Of a DNA stretch of 64,000 nucleotides, positions 43,301 through 49,900 are shown piece after piece. Within the stretch, counting starts at the first letter, position 1. The number at the start of each line of letters is the position of its first letter. Source of the DNA: Bacillota bacterium (lineage in GTDB: Bacteria; Bacillota; Clostridia; Christensenellales; UBA1242); assembly GCA_009784185.1 (NCBI GenBank), contig WRCD01000001.1, forward strand, positions 55,255-119,254. The letters run 5' to 3'. Under the pieces are notes generated by a model that was not told the DNA's origin, did not search any database, and saw nothing but the letters and a program-made list of their open reading frames with translations. The translations under genes and the position numbers were made by a program.

Positions 43301-44704
43301 GACATCCTTGACAGTTTTGAACCCGTAATTCAGGCAGAGCTTGAAAGAATTAAGTGGATTCAAATTACTAACCCTAAAAACGGAACGGCATTCGATTACA
43401 ACCAGGAAATTAAAGTGGTTGTTAAGCCGACAAATGATAACTACCTTCTAAATTCAATCTCAGGGCTGGACGGAGTTGCCGTTACATATTACAAAGACGA
43501 ACAGGGCAACGACATTGAAGGGATGTTTAAGTTTAATCTCACAGCCGACGTATCAATAACTGTTGCGTTTGATGCTATAATATTCAGCGTGACGAGAGTA
43601 TCGAGAGATGTTGACGGAAGCCCGCTTCCTAACGCCGAAAACAAAAGCTATCAGGACCTGGTAAAAGGCGAGCAGATTGAAGGCATTAACATTGGAACGG
43701 TTAACGAATACGAGTTTGTGGGCTGGTTTGTTGAGGTTGGCGTAGTTAAGTATTATGCCGACAGCACCGGAATTTACTTCTTTGACGGGTTGGGTGTTAA
43801 AAAATATGTTGACGGCATGGACGGAGTCTTTGCCCTTGACGTGGACACCGGCATAATTAACAGCCTTACGCTTACCGGCAACTTTGTTCAATTCTTTGCA
43901 AGCGGCGGCAACGTTATTACTTTAGTTGCAGAGTTTGGAAGAAAAACATCAATTGAAATTTCAATCATTGACGACTCGGTTGACCTCAACGGCTATGAAA
44001 TTTGGATTGGAGCAAGTAAGATTGGCGAGTCAACCGAAAAGAAACTGTTGTGGGACAGCCTTCCGTCAGGAACAGAAATAACCATCGTTCCGCAAAACAA
44101 CAAGTATTACACCTATGAAGGTTATGAGCTTGACGGCACACCGGGCACGGGCGCAATTGTTGTGCCTCTGCAGGGTCCGGCGTTCCTTAACATTAACTTT
44201 AAAAAGATTATGTACACAATGGACGTTAAGGTTACCGACTCAAATGCAAGAGGTCAGGTAATTTACGACGAAACAGTTGAGTTTGGAATCGGCAGTGTGC
44301 TTGTGTTCAAGTTTGAGCCGAGTGCCGGATATCAGTTAAGAAGCATGATTGTTAATACGAAGCAAGCAATGGAAATGACCGGAGACATGATGTTTATAGG
44401 CAACACGTTAACCATATTTGTAACGGAAGCATGGCTTGATTCGTGGGAGGAATGGATTAACGCAAACGACAAAGTAAGGTTTGAAATTACGGTTGAAACA
44501 ACCATGACAACAGCGTACTTTGTTTCAATGGGAGCTCTTGCTGCCGGTGTGCCGTTGATAACGCTTGGAATTGTTCTGGTATTGCTTTCAAACAGAAAGA
44601 AAAAAGCAGCATACGCACAGGCACTTGCAAAAAGTAAAAGTTCTAAAGCAGGGCTTGAGTCACAGCAATTTATTAAGGACCTGCAAAGCGGAAAATGGGA
44701 TTAA
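25358..44704 (+). CDS. Giant (6448 aa) surface protein: GLUG-type head, beta-rich modules, InlB-B-like and Listeria-Bacteroides repeats, C-terminal TM anchor
   Basis: An AGGAGG SD precedes an N-terminal signal/anchor. From about aa 60 to 400 there are repeated (N/D)xGG(L/I)(V/I)G motifs. These are followed by about 100-aa modules (..GW..NG.Y.F.V....YRG..) and by SAGxNGxISPxG...GY.V modules. Four super-repeats of about 450 aa carry ..F.GW...YYA(V/I)(W/Y/F) units. The C-terminus has a TM helix and an RKKK tail. Confidence 0.85.
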   Translation: MSTLAKKGNAWIKRFTVFGVAIALMCCGFAALGFNQQQYGKDGGVVYAASNQSGLDFENALEIGTAAPLLVGGAGRTMLATQNRYVRLTADINISGNAPWTPIPTLAAGTVFDGGIYEVDSQGDFVYDSTTNEPILLGKRKIVGLTNTSNTNNIGFVANLLGTFKNVDFENVNLAGTGTNRGVVAATVQNGNQAVNARIENVGVVNGAVGGTNAGGLVGSVGVSNSVAATTVLTIDQCYNMAAIAAVNDAGGLVGSSLRCTLTITKSFNSGSVVSASINNRPNVGGILGLGDATILKMENVYCTARVEWLSNGQGNVGGIIGNLQNAGATTLNNVAFAGTLGGGGSAMLGGITNNTSNGTGPFNITNCYYPQGQGTSNIGGSAAAQPSQMENVLDEIMAIIAGKLIFSVVTPTSLQQSQNGYTFTTSHRLSVLQNSVYTFTVSLLASHSQAAPAVSIKIGQGSTETWADLVDPVLGDPAFGSVSPNPLAHTSSTTSYTFTINDIYDNMEIFVGTSRNTYTVSAAPADAGAQGTFGFTSGYFGGTSGTPVVPSYPAGVTGASVNHGTTINFQITMATGYTQMAPFVRFGSTTISGTLVSAGVYNYSYVVNSSAAITITPVSNNYAVTRNPAGNYTGFTFSSISPETVGINGSYTFTLQVNEAYRNATSHARLSTIGGAGNINIARVGATGTLGTMLAISSNQVTGEYVYYIMNINSDTVINFPTLQISSYTIALPSGPEFTSVPMQFTNPPLNTIVRTSYNHGDMCQFSITVAPAYRGTAPIVMHGGTVLTPTSSNDISGVYGFNFPVTQQAAITVTTGSVNTFVVTRPNSGTGWNTSSSDPIHVEYDGEYNFIVNVDAGYRGVAGAWRAPSIMLTDGTGAQLIDSSGQPLNPGTNDVTLVLNTLHPSYSPANGVYTYRILDIQSNITIQVSASINTYAVNFPTSGTGFVSVVATTPVGFAGTVNHNGSFSFTVTSDLANGYGLFAPTVTVNGGGNITPVSGNTTTGVYTYTINNITAIQNISIAGNINTYAVNRDNSGDGWTASSGATGASWNGDYEFTVTVAPSHRGDSVNGWRAPTVTFTGTGSCDNGGTLGLLEFNPALSNQSTGVYVYKITGIKSAIDISISADINKYTVVFDEDPRDGEPGFEGSGWFTDDEDDLDFSHGGNYIFVINVDEGWYGDAGARRAPTVTFKGTANGVTNGSVSVFVSDPRHNPDGGVFVFRLASITTDIELSVTATINQYTVSRTADGTGFSSAPNAGSASPVDWNGSYEFTVNVGANYRGDIVNGWRAPSVTLASGTGSLVLDTGHLNYFPENGVYTYKLTGIKSNIQINISVQLNTYIVAFANGNALTGDGWAATPGTSPVSHGGNYTYTVTLDVSHRGDAINGWRAPTVSAGTLVPGSSDAAAGVYVYTITGVTTNVTIAISNVTRNQYTVAFANGNALTGDGWTATPGASPVAHGGNYTFTVTLDVSHRGDSVNGWRAPTVSAGTLVPGESDATIGVYVYTITGVTGNTTITVSNVTRNQYSVTLPSSRVGYSFAGITEPASVGHGQAFSFQILVSPSHHTPVVTIKGGSTVPGTFITDRFYFSVSNVQANFELEVLVTPYIYTVTLPSGQNAVGFTADKDTLASSVVLYHYQNSTTPDTKYYFAISLLASHSGISSVSVSAGTATLTPLGETSPGSGVFRYELSEFRGTVEGIVISATATIKTYNVSFNGGLSAAGWEVTSAVSPTTNSVDYGSEFRFFANVNTGYNTLVVEYTMAGGATQTASRVGSTNEYYISNITGNVVITISSTINSYNVSVAGGNLTPAGWTVSGGDIVSPTTNPVNYNLPFSFDAQLNTGYHTLSVTYTMGGVSMGALTAASGTDTFTIPHVTGNIVITVSSILHTYTITASAVGNGNISPSGTATINYGSNSSTYTFTPNTGYEVVGIIINKGLPSQVILDGTTNPTLAAAIASGYRFMGVTANFTIEVTFAIRTFTLTVTQTANGTIEFDSATAVTRSFDYGSTPKYDIVPATGYGIDKIIIGGTELSGIALTNAIAAGSYTFAAITAATSIEVTFKKIVFTIEASAGSNGSITPSGYVSVNHGENESFTFNPSTGYRVVGVEIDGTALTSTALEDVINANGYTFTNVTGDGHSIHVTFTIIQYTVTASAGGNGNISPSGAATINHGSNSAVYTFAPATGYYVESIVIDGTTIYTSADPEFAGFVASGYQFVGVTGQRTIHVTFAIYTYDITVTATGNGTVEPTAGTLSGGKLTVNYGATPTFTITPAANHHIVSITVGGAIVANANSYTFTAVTANTSIAVVFAIDAYTVSFVTTNAVHRPASSWVSYTIAPTTIDHGAVWTVPSLAGVRHVSTFANAIGFTVTSGPNTGATVYTPGQTITITGTTTITIVFDTGTSWSVTLDEGDSNIRTNFITGQLATDNLPDAPNYSKANHDFLGWSLTYISPSAAAALDATGLAALIAGGTSVNADNANGKTYYAVWRGTAQAVTFKDHDGTTLGTDSIYYNESIAALTPPAAGAWNWDDREYYYTFKGWSTSQQVYWTTGNVDNASWNEGVLSFPQTITGATNYYAVYTRAIKYYTVTWISDNNATTTQSTYRYDDVISIPGYTAPSNTATWTYTFVGWRITVQTDFDTDTGGTVALTGTKVTADATYYAIFSRAATLHTINWYNFDGTLIKSDSLANGLSLTLPTLGAGGFNAPSNTVALSYTFKGWSHTNTGHNGATIATPTVVEASLPGTGGQTINYYAIFNQFATPYVVTFVTTNAVELVSGNWEPYTVDTSNSATYSFYGGVWTVPDLTGIRHATTYADAIGFRITSGTGSGSTVYSFGDAINFAITIQSATTITIVFAAGTSWSITLDEGDSNIRTNFITGQLATGDLPAAPNYSKANHDFLGWSLTMYTPSQAAALSGQTLQDIEDTKTGSYSVTADSPTGLTYYAVWRGTAQTVTFNEWRGASATQITTQQIFYNESVSFGGTVPANWEDVEYKYTFIGWNTTQQVYWNAAVGGGRDNAAWNESVLAFPQTITAPRDYYAVYKREIKYYTLTWTNYDDAETVQSSYRHNATINIPSVSGPSNDATWTYTFAGWRTTGAQSDYSDQDNLISVSALTGTQVTADVTYYALFSRAATLHTINWYNFDGTLIKSDSLANGAGLTLPTLGAGGFNAPSNTVALSYSWKGWNTTNTNWGGATIANPTVVNVATPGTGSVTIDYYAIFNQFATPYTVTFDTTGAEKESVLGNGNWAPFTITQEIIGYGSTWTVIGLTGVRNEVGYANAIGFRVTSGPNTGATVYTPGQTITITGTTTITIAFASGTYFITLDEGDGNVRHNYITGQNAPGTLPSLPNYSKADHDFLGWSLTYISPSEAAKLDSSEEANLAATKGGAVTATGELVYRAVWRGTAQAVNFYDWRGVSVGSAIDTQAIFYNENILSFGGVAPSNWDDREYYYTFKGWSTSQQVYWTTGNVDNASWNEGVLSFPQTITGATNYYAVYTRTIKYYTITWKNYDDTTAATQTTYRYGDAITPPSAKAVPNDELFIYTFLGWRISTAQTDYDTDVSGFSTSLGTISGNATYYAGFSRVDTEHTVNWYNFDGTLIKSELLKIGAAITEPTAHGNYKVPSITVSSVYSLKGWNTSLTAHNGSVITLDANLTLTSNGAVVINYYAVFNETPRPYTVTFVTTNAVQYVTDAWVSYTITGETINFGSTWTVPSLAGIRHATTYANATGFRITSGTGSGATEYTPGQTITIQSATTITIVFAAGTSWSITLDEGDSNIVPDYITGQNATGSLPAAPTYDKTNYDFLGWSATYVSPSQAAAGLGTIIAGGTSVTADSASGKTYYAVWRGEEQEVNFYNWDGTSQTLVQTVKVYYGESAASIFTAGNPSITQTNFYTFAFEGWNTTKQVHGIRNGSWSEATVTPGTILAPTDYYAVYKRTMRTYSINWYDYDGTLVTAQNGLEYDAVISAPSPTKAPTSVSHNYAFAGWRVTSQSIGDDEYNFGDLAGVITNFAGINVTASNVYYALFSQSIKVYSITASAGSNGSIAPAGSVAVNHGASRTFTFSPAANHHVASITVDGTTYTSADGATFDGYVSGGYTFSNVTANGHTISVTFAIDQRTITVTTTGSGTVTTATGSTSGNVVTVNYGATPTFTITPAANHHIVSITVGGVALDGTTNPTLAAVILAGAYQFASVTANTSIAVVFAIDQRTITASAGANGNISPIGNVSVDYNGSQKFTFAADANYHIASLVVIINGVQVSGPSIAAAITAGEYTFTNVTTDCSISVTFAIDTYTISASAGSNGNISPAGSVSVDHGADQTFTFHPAANYHVASITVDGTTYTSGATFDGFVSGGYTFSNVTTTHTISVTFAINTNAITASTGSNGNISPSGIVNVNYGASSPAFTFTPNTGYEIDQVLVNGVNNAGAVSSGTYTFISVTSAQTISVTFKLKSYTITITTGSNGTTHLNDNASPVGGSVEADHFSTPKFTFVPATGYRVIAISVDTGSGSLTALTGTALTNAISGGYTFASITGSRAISVTFDKILYTITASTGSNGSISPAGSVSVRHGEDEAFTFTPNTGYEIDQVLVNGVNDAGAVPSGTYTFTNVTTTHTISVTFKLKTYTITASAGSNGSISPSGNVPVNHAASQAFMFVPDANYHVESITINGTTYTSADGAAFDGYVSLGYTFSNVTANGNSISVTFAIDAYTVSFRDGLSGTGWAVSGSGVGQSNSVDWDNDFYFFANVTTGYENLTVRYTINGAVTEYNAVPGLEPNEYYIPNVQGTIQIVVSSSIIKLNVEWKNGYSGAGWSTENVDEQVNYGGSYLISILLDGHYRQTTPKILINNVEVLSGISYNSTTGVATYTISNIILDREIEIVVVPNVYNVTLDSTPSTSPVNWVFDDTGYTKNITYSPTAEDDYEFTITVNNVAYDPETLIVRFNGVIAYSDTVLGGLIDGIDVGVAVSGTNNEIFTFTIPQMIKHLNITIELGLNVYTVTKSTEERVTINFENGDGITRAHGQPFTFTVTVDESATQNTPEFRINGTGSWIAMARVGATNTYTYTISSMTESIVISARAAVNTYNVTWNGNNYSGTGWSTANVNDTVTWNGEYTFTIDVDSSTHNSATLVVTVNHAEIFADQFGVYTISAIKGNQTIRVVSLDWNVYNVSVSGGSLSPAGWVVSDGDIVNAATNPIEHGSNFVFNAALKTGYNTLVVKYTMVGFDSGNPQTIAGVLGVYTIPNVIGDVVITVTSIINEYSVSFVGGVTEAAGWIVTDVLDTSPVKHGFGFAFEAETKEGYNTLVVTYTMAGTPGTHIVDAVGGVYTIENITGAVVIALSSSINTYTVTIPEGGAGQGFTAATADGDVDWGSSFTFTIALDSKHDLNIPTVTVTRTGQAADVLDEEINNAYYSLSVARNANGRITSITVVIKQVKEDADVDIQPIVNRYTISLTGNAYGSIAIHASDLDTDYEHGSDIRIIVTPNAGYNFLYLSSNPSGVYGVTYQVTVTVSGITNHMTIEAIFAENPVTTIYFDPNGGRITSGAGVIQQVSGNGGLTANVSGIEEPKRVGYVFQGWNENAAGTGAFVDTFVFSYNETTGVTYYAIWALREYEIIVDLAEMVDAGETPVQAGKDPGYFSLDTNYYIGFDDGLYMVEWLVWFDSGFTPLGSIMPYLNIKDIFANNDKGLELLARYEIPTGGYYQLRFQPRVELAPYSITATIINGAEATITVTTNKGTQALTNNMPVQVSGDDVTISIKVSKVYKVICGELAFDSTLLSGNGIMEYTFTFPAALVSNFVFTVEFEEIDYKLVLAAEVSPADAPPLVVLNHHWASSDELSMLLGADRTTIMQINAPQGHSFIRYSVIDKDGVYWTLSDKTVAQLVVGVTLVTNGFVTKTFWLEDFLRSIGSGEEGIVVVAHYVVRQTVKAELAAGSNSLWGSIEVFYLDPDFNAASEYNKLLQEMIEAHPLLDNDLLTRDGGLEPWEEDILDSFEPVIQAELERIKWIQITNPKNGTAFDYNQEIKVVVKPTNDNYLLNSISGLDGVAVTYYKDEQGNDIEGMFKFNLTADVSITVAFDAIIFSVTRVSRDVDGSPLPNAENKSYQDLVKGEQIEGINIGTVNEYEFVGWFVEVGVVKYYADSTGIYFFDGLGVKKYVDGMDGVFALDVDTGIINSLTLTGNFVQFFASGGNVITLVAEFGRKTSIEISIIDDSVDLNGYEIWIGASKIGESTEKKLLWDSLPSGTEITIVPQNNKYYTYEGYELDGTPGTGAIVVPLQGPAFLNINFKKIMYTMDVKVTDSNARGQVIYDETVEFGIGSVLVFKFEPSAGYQLRSMIVNTKQAMEMTGDMMFIGNTLTIFVTEAWLDSWEEWINANDKVRFEITVETTMTTAYFVSMGALAAGVPLITLGIVLVLLSNRKKKAAYAQALAKSKSSKAGLESQQFIKDLQSGKWD
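29375..29933 (+). repeat. Intragenic tandem duplication, 2 x 279 nt (93 codons)
   Basis: GCGTTTGCAAACGGCAACGCGCTTAC recurs at 29387 and 29666. The copies share long identical blocks. Confidence 0.85.
32300..37440 (+). repeat. Four intragenic super-repeats of about 1.35-1.40 kb each
   Basis: The units start near 32305, 33648, 35043 and 36389 (peptide ..(T/S)F(V/D)TT(N/G)A..). Blocks of about 50-106 identical nt are shared between non-adjacent units. Confidence 0.85.
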
Positions 44705-44719
44705 GGGGAGGGTTGAATT

Positions 44720-46921
44720 ATGAAGAAATTAAGAATGAATTTTAGTTTAATCAGTTTTGCCGCCCTGCTTGTTTCCGTCTTTGCCTGCTTGGGAATCTTT
44801 GGACTGGTCAACAGCGGAAGCCGGGCTGTCTTTGCCGACGAACCCGGCAATCCGTTAATCAGCGTGTTTCTGGCAGATAACGAAATTGAGGGCGGAGAGT
44901 TTAAGATTGGTATGCGTCCAATCACCTTGAACGGAACGGGCACATACACTTTCTCTTCGGCGGGCGAAACAATTAATCTTATTGTGACGGTCTGGCCGCA
45001 TTATGAATTTGTTGGCTACACGATATATTATTATGATGCTCTTACAGAAGGCTTTGTTCTGGACGAAAATGATACGGAAGAAAGAAAACAGACCACTTAT
45101 CCGCTGCTGCTGCAGGACGTTTCGGAGTATGAGATTTATGTGGAATTTAAAATCAAAGAATATGAATTGATTGTTCTTTCGCAATGGTTTGACAACAGGT
45201 CGCTGGACATTTCAAATGACATTTCCGGCGATTTAGGCAGCGGAGCGTTCAAAAGAATCAATTTCACTTCAAACCTTATTACCTTAGATGAAGAGGCTGA
45301 ATTTAAAAATGATATATGGAATGAGGACGGCCTAAGATTTTCGCATGTTGAAATCTTCTATTTCACCGGAAGGGGCAGCAATGACCTGGGAATACAGCCT
45401 CTTTATGAACTGACTTTTAATTCGGCAAATCTTGGTTTGTATGCAAATGAAGACGCGCAAATCTGGGTTATAGGGGTGTATGTTGAAACCTTTGACGTTA
45501 ACATCGGCATTCCTAATTTTCACTCGCTGTACAACGGAATTGAAATTTCAATCATAAGCCCTGTATTTAACAAGCCCGAAACTTTTGAAAGTCATGCCAG
45601 AAGCTTCCGGGGCTGGGTTGACAAAGGCTCATTGATTGTTATTAACGCACTGCATGACGATTACTACACATTTGCCGGATATACATTCCTGGATGGCGAA
45701 GCACCGGGCATCTTTGGCAACGGCGGGCTGCAGGCAATGTTTAAAGTGTTTGAAAACTATCGGATTTATGCAAACTTTGAGCCGGTGCTGCTAACTTTAA
45801 CGTTGCTTGCACGCGACTCTAACGGGAACCTCTTTGACCTTTCCGGCCATGCATATATTAAGATGACTCTCTTTAATACCGGCCTTGAGCCGGGAAAAGC
45901 CAACATCAACGATGTTATGGAAGAGGTTATCTTCCATACAGCCCTGCAGGGCTTTGGCGTTCTGGGCACATATTCCGTTAAAAGAGCAACGTCCGATGTG
46001 CTTGACCCGCTTGTGTTTTCAACCTCTACGTCCAGGCTTACTCCTGCATTTTTGCAGAAATATCTTTACAACGACGGAATAATTTTAGTTGTGCACGTAA
46101 TTAGACAATATGATGTTAATTTTATTGTTCCTCAGCTCTCGGCGGGGATGGGCACTTATGAAGTGTTTGTTAACGGCGGAAGCGTTGGGGTACAGGCAGC
46201 TTCAAAAATGTTTAGATTTAATATCGGTGACAACGTTGAAATTAAAGCAAGCGAAGGAACGTTCCGTAACTTTGGAGGATTTTCAGGCGTTGCAAACGAT
46301 GACATCTTTTACTCAAAAGCAGAAAAAAGACTTATTTTTGTTGCAGGCTATGACAGAACGGTAAATGTGAACTTTTCAGCCGTTATGTTCAGCGTTAAAG
46401 ACGGTGCGGCAAACTCAAATGTTTTCATGCTGCCAAAAACAGTGTCTGTGGGTGACGTTCTGACATTGTCACTGTCATATAACCTGGCGCCTAACCAGAC
46501 AATTAAAGACTGGAAAATATTCGGTGACAGTTATACAAAATGGAGCAGTATTGCCGAGCTTGAAGGAAGCACATTAAAAATTACCTTAAACGAAGCCTTT
46601 ATTATGGCGTATTCAAACTGGTCCGCGGGCGGAACCGACCTGGTAATCAGCAGTGAAGCTATTCCAGGTATGGAGACGGGCGTGCTTTTAATGATTCTGA
46701 TTCCGAGCATTGCTATTCCGGTTTTAGCCGCAGTGCTGCTGCTTTTATGGCTGCAGAACATGAAGCGTAAGAGAATTGTAAGAACAATGGTTACAGAGAA
46801 AATGCAAAGTGACATGACGCGAAACACGGCCGGTTTTATTTCGGACTTAAAGGCCGGAAACATTGCTTCAACAGATGCGCAGGTTAAAAAGGGAATGAAA
46901 GACAAAGACTGGCGTAAATGA
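44720..46921 (+). CDS. Surface-anchored protein (733 aa) with signal peptide, degenerate beta modules and a C-terminal TM plus conserved tail
   Basis: It starts 15 nt after the giant gene with a GGGGAGGG SD. It has a signal peptide (..SRAVFA|DE) and a C-terminal TM followed by KRKR...GFISDLKAG. Confidence 0.75.
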   Translation: MKKLRMNFSLISFAALLVSVFACLGIFGLVNSGSRAVFADEPGNPLISVFLADNEIEGGEFKIGMRPITLNGTGTYTFSSAGETINLIVTVWPHYEFVGYTIYYYDALTEGFVLDENDTEERKQTTYPLLLQDVSEYEIYVEFKIKEYELIVLSQWFDNRSLDISNDISGDLGSGAFKRINFTSNLITLDEEAEFKNDIWNEDGLRFSHVEIFYFTGRGSNDLGIQPLYELTFNSANLGLYANEDAQIWVIGVYVETFDVNIGIPNFHSLYNGIEISIISPVFNKPETFESHARSFRGWVDKGSLIVINALHDDYYTFAGYTFLDGEAPGIFGNGGLQAMFKVFENYRIYANFEPVLLTLTLLARDSNGNLFDLSGHAYIKMTLFNTGLEPGKANINDVMEEVIFHTALQGFGVLGTYSVKRATSDVLDPLVFSTSTSRLTPAFLQKYLYNDGIILVVHVIRQYDVNFIVPQLSAGMGTYEVFVNGGSVGVQAASKMFRFNIGDNVEIKASEGTFRNFGGFSGVANDDIFYSKAEKRLIFVAGYDRTVNVNFSAVMFSVKDGAANSNVFMLPKTVSVGDVLTLSLSYNLAPNQTIKDWKIFGDSYTKWSSIAELEGSTLKITLNEAFIMAYSNWSAGGTDLVISSEAIPGMETGVLLMILIPSIAIPVLAAVLLLLWLQNMKRKRIVRTMVTEKMQSDMTRNTAGFISDLKAGNIASTDAQVKKGMKDKDWRK

Positions 46922-46985
46922 TTAAAACAGTAATCCCTCAGTGTTGTGCTGAGGGTTATTGTTGAAGTACTAAAGGGGATAGGGT

Positions 46986-49900
46986 ATGAACAAAAGAGTT
47001 TTTATAAGTTCGTACAAAAGGTTGGGGCTGGTTGTTGCGCTGATAATGATTGCCGGCTCATTTATGTTTTTAATTAATGCGGGAAAAAGCATAGACCGTG
47101 CCAGCGCTTTTGACGGAACTCCCGTTGCTTTTGTTGACGGCACCGACGGCACTGGCGTGTTGGGTGACCCATACATAATAACTAAGGAAGGGCATTTAGT
47201 ATACCTGTCCGAAAACTATAACAGGCTGGGGGCAAAGCAGCACTATAGGCTGGGTGCTAATTTAGACTTGGACGGCTTTGTGTTTACCCCGATTGCAAAC
47301 GATAACGCAAATGCTTTTAAAGGAGAATTTGACGGCGCCGGTTTTGTAATTTCAAACTTTGTAATGAGCGGCAGCAGTAATGCGGGCGGCTTGTTCGGCT
47401 ATATTGACGGCGGAAAGGTTTTTGATGTTAACATAATAAACTTTAATGCCGAGCAGATTTATACGCCGGGCAGTTTGGCCGGCGGCATAGCGGGAGAGGC
47501 ATTAAACGCAGAAATAACAAACTGTACCGTTTCGTCCTCAAGGCTTACTGCATATAATTCGGCCGGCGGTATTGCCGGAAGTGCACACAGCACTGTTGTT
47601 GAAGACTGCAAAGTGTTTGCATCGTTTATCAGTGCGCAAAAAAGTGCGGGCGGCATTGTAGGTGAAATAACCGGCAGCGGAAGCGTTGTTAACAGCTGCC
47701 TGAGCCAGAACAACAACATATTGGCCGAGACATATATATTGCTGGCAGGTGTGGATTCTGCGGCGGGCGGCATTGCTGCAATAAGCAATGGCACGGCAAT
47801 AAGCGATTGCAGGAGCCGCGACAACAATATCTTTTCTCAGCGATATACCGCAGGGTTGGTTGCCGTTGCCCTGGGAACGACCATTACAAGCAGTTATAAT
47901 ACCAGCACGGTAAAGGGATATGACGGTGTAAGTTTTGCGGGTGTGTACTCGTTAAACGGCGCAAACGGGATTGACGGCATTGCTGCATTAAACGGCGCAG
48001 ACGGAAAGGCCGGGGCAGCGGGAGCAAACGGCACCCGCGGGGGAAGTGCGGGCGGAATTGTTTGTGTGATAGATTATGAAAGTGTCATAACGGACACCTT
48101 TAATGCGGGCATGATTATAGCGGGCAGCGGAGGCGGAGGCGGCAACGGCGGCAGCGGCGGCGGAGGCGGCAACAGCGGAAAAGACGGCTCTGATAATTAT
48201 CTGGCTAACGGAGGCAGCGGCGGCAGCGGAGGCGGAGGCGGCAACGGCGGCAACGGAGGCAGCGCGGGCGCAATATATGTTTTTTACTTAAACAACAGTT
48301 CTGTCCCGGTAAATATTGCCGGCATTATTACAAACACGTTTACCCGTGCGGGAATGGTTAATCTGGACCTGATAAACGGCAATGGCGGTTCTGCGGGCTT
48401 TGGTGGTTTTGCAGGGGGCTTTGGTTATGGTCTGGTTAATGGCAGCAGCGGGCAAAACGGGCTGAACGGCATTCCGGGTGACAGCGGGACAATTGAAAAA
48501 CTGACAGGTGAGGAGTTTCAGCCGCATCTGGTGTTTAATTATAATGGCGGTAATGTTGGTGTTGCAACAAAACCGGTTGATTACAACTCTGCGTTTGGCA
48601 CGTTGCCCGTGCCGGTTTATGATGGCTGGAAGTTTGTAGGCTGGCAAAACGAATATGGCAGTTTTGTAAACGGCAACACCTTATTCTTGGCGCTTGATAA
48701 AATTGAATTAACAGCTATATATGAAAAATTATACGTAATTAACGCGCATCTTAACAACGGCAGCGGAGTTTCAGGCACGGTGTTTGAAGCAAATGATTTT
48801 GTTGCCGAAGGGCTGCCTGTTCCTGTAAGAGCGGGCTGGGCGTTTGACGGCTGGTACCTTGATTCTGCTTTCGGCACTCCCTTATCCGCAACCGCTACCG
48901 CAATAAGCCTGGAAGCCAGTCCAACGGTATATGCCAAGTGGCTTCAGGAAATAAGAATAAACTTTAACATAACCGAGTTTGGCAGCATTATTAACAACGA
49001 GCCCGCAAGCGTGCTCAACAATTTTAACGCCGCTGCGCCCAATCAGTTGTATGTAATAAGAGTAAGCGGGCGGCCGCTTGGTGCATTGCCTGTAGCCAGG
49101 CCCAATATATTAAACAGCCAGTATTATTTCGGCGGCTGGTATGAGAATATATCAAATACTTCTACATTGGTTGCGGCAACCACGGTATACAACCATGCAA
49201 GCCTTACAAACGGGCAGATAACGCTTACCTCCAGATGGAACACTAACGCTTTCCTGGAGTATAACTTAATGGGCGCAGATGACATTGACGAGTGCAGTAC
49301 AGCATGGGACGGCGGCGATGAAATATATGCCGGCGGAACCGGAACCGAGCAAAACCCGTTTCAGATTGCTAACGCCAGACAGCTGAGGCAGCTGGCACTG
49401 CACGTAAACAACCGCACGGCAATCAGCCCGGGCAACTTTTATTTTGACAAACACTTTATTTTAACAAACAATATAGATTTGGGAACCGTTCATCTATGGG
49501 AGCCTATAGGTAACGGTTCGGTAGTCGGCGGACTGGTCAGGAGATTTGAAGGAAGCTTTCACGGAAATGGCTTTTATGTAAAAAATCTTAACATACAATA
49601 CAATAGCAGTACGGCAATAGCTGCCGGAAGCCGTATTTATCTGGGGCTGTTTGGCGCTGCACTTAATGCAAAAATTACCCAAGTTGGCATTGAAAGCGGA
49701 AGCATTACTTTTAACGCAACCGGAACGGGGAATATAGCTGAGCGCACACATATATATGTAGGCTCTGTTATCGGGCGTTGTGCCGGTGCTACATTGATAC
49801 AGGAATGCTACAGTAACGTTGATATCAACGTAAACGTTAACAGAACCGCTGCTACTCTGGGCGTTTCGGCTTTTGTGGGCGGAATGGTTGGCAGGCTTGA

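Noticed and set aside
47970-48480. Collagen-like triple-helix region in the 2467-aa protein
   Set aside because: The tract is Gly-rich, but there is no sustained G-X-Y periodicity. Runs of consecutive glycines and GN/GS dipeptides dominate.
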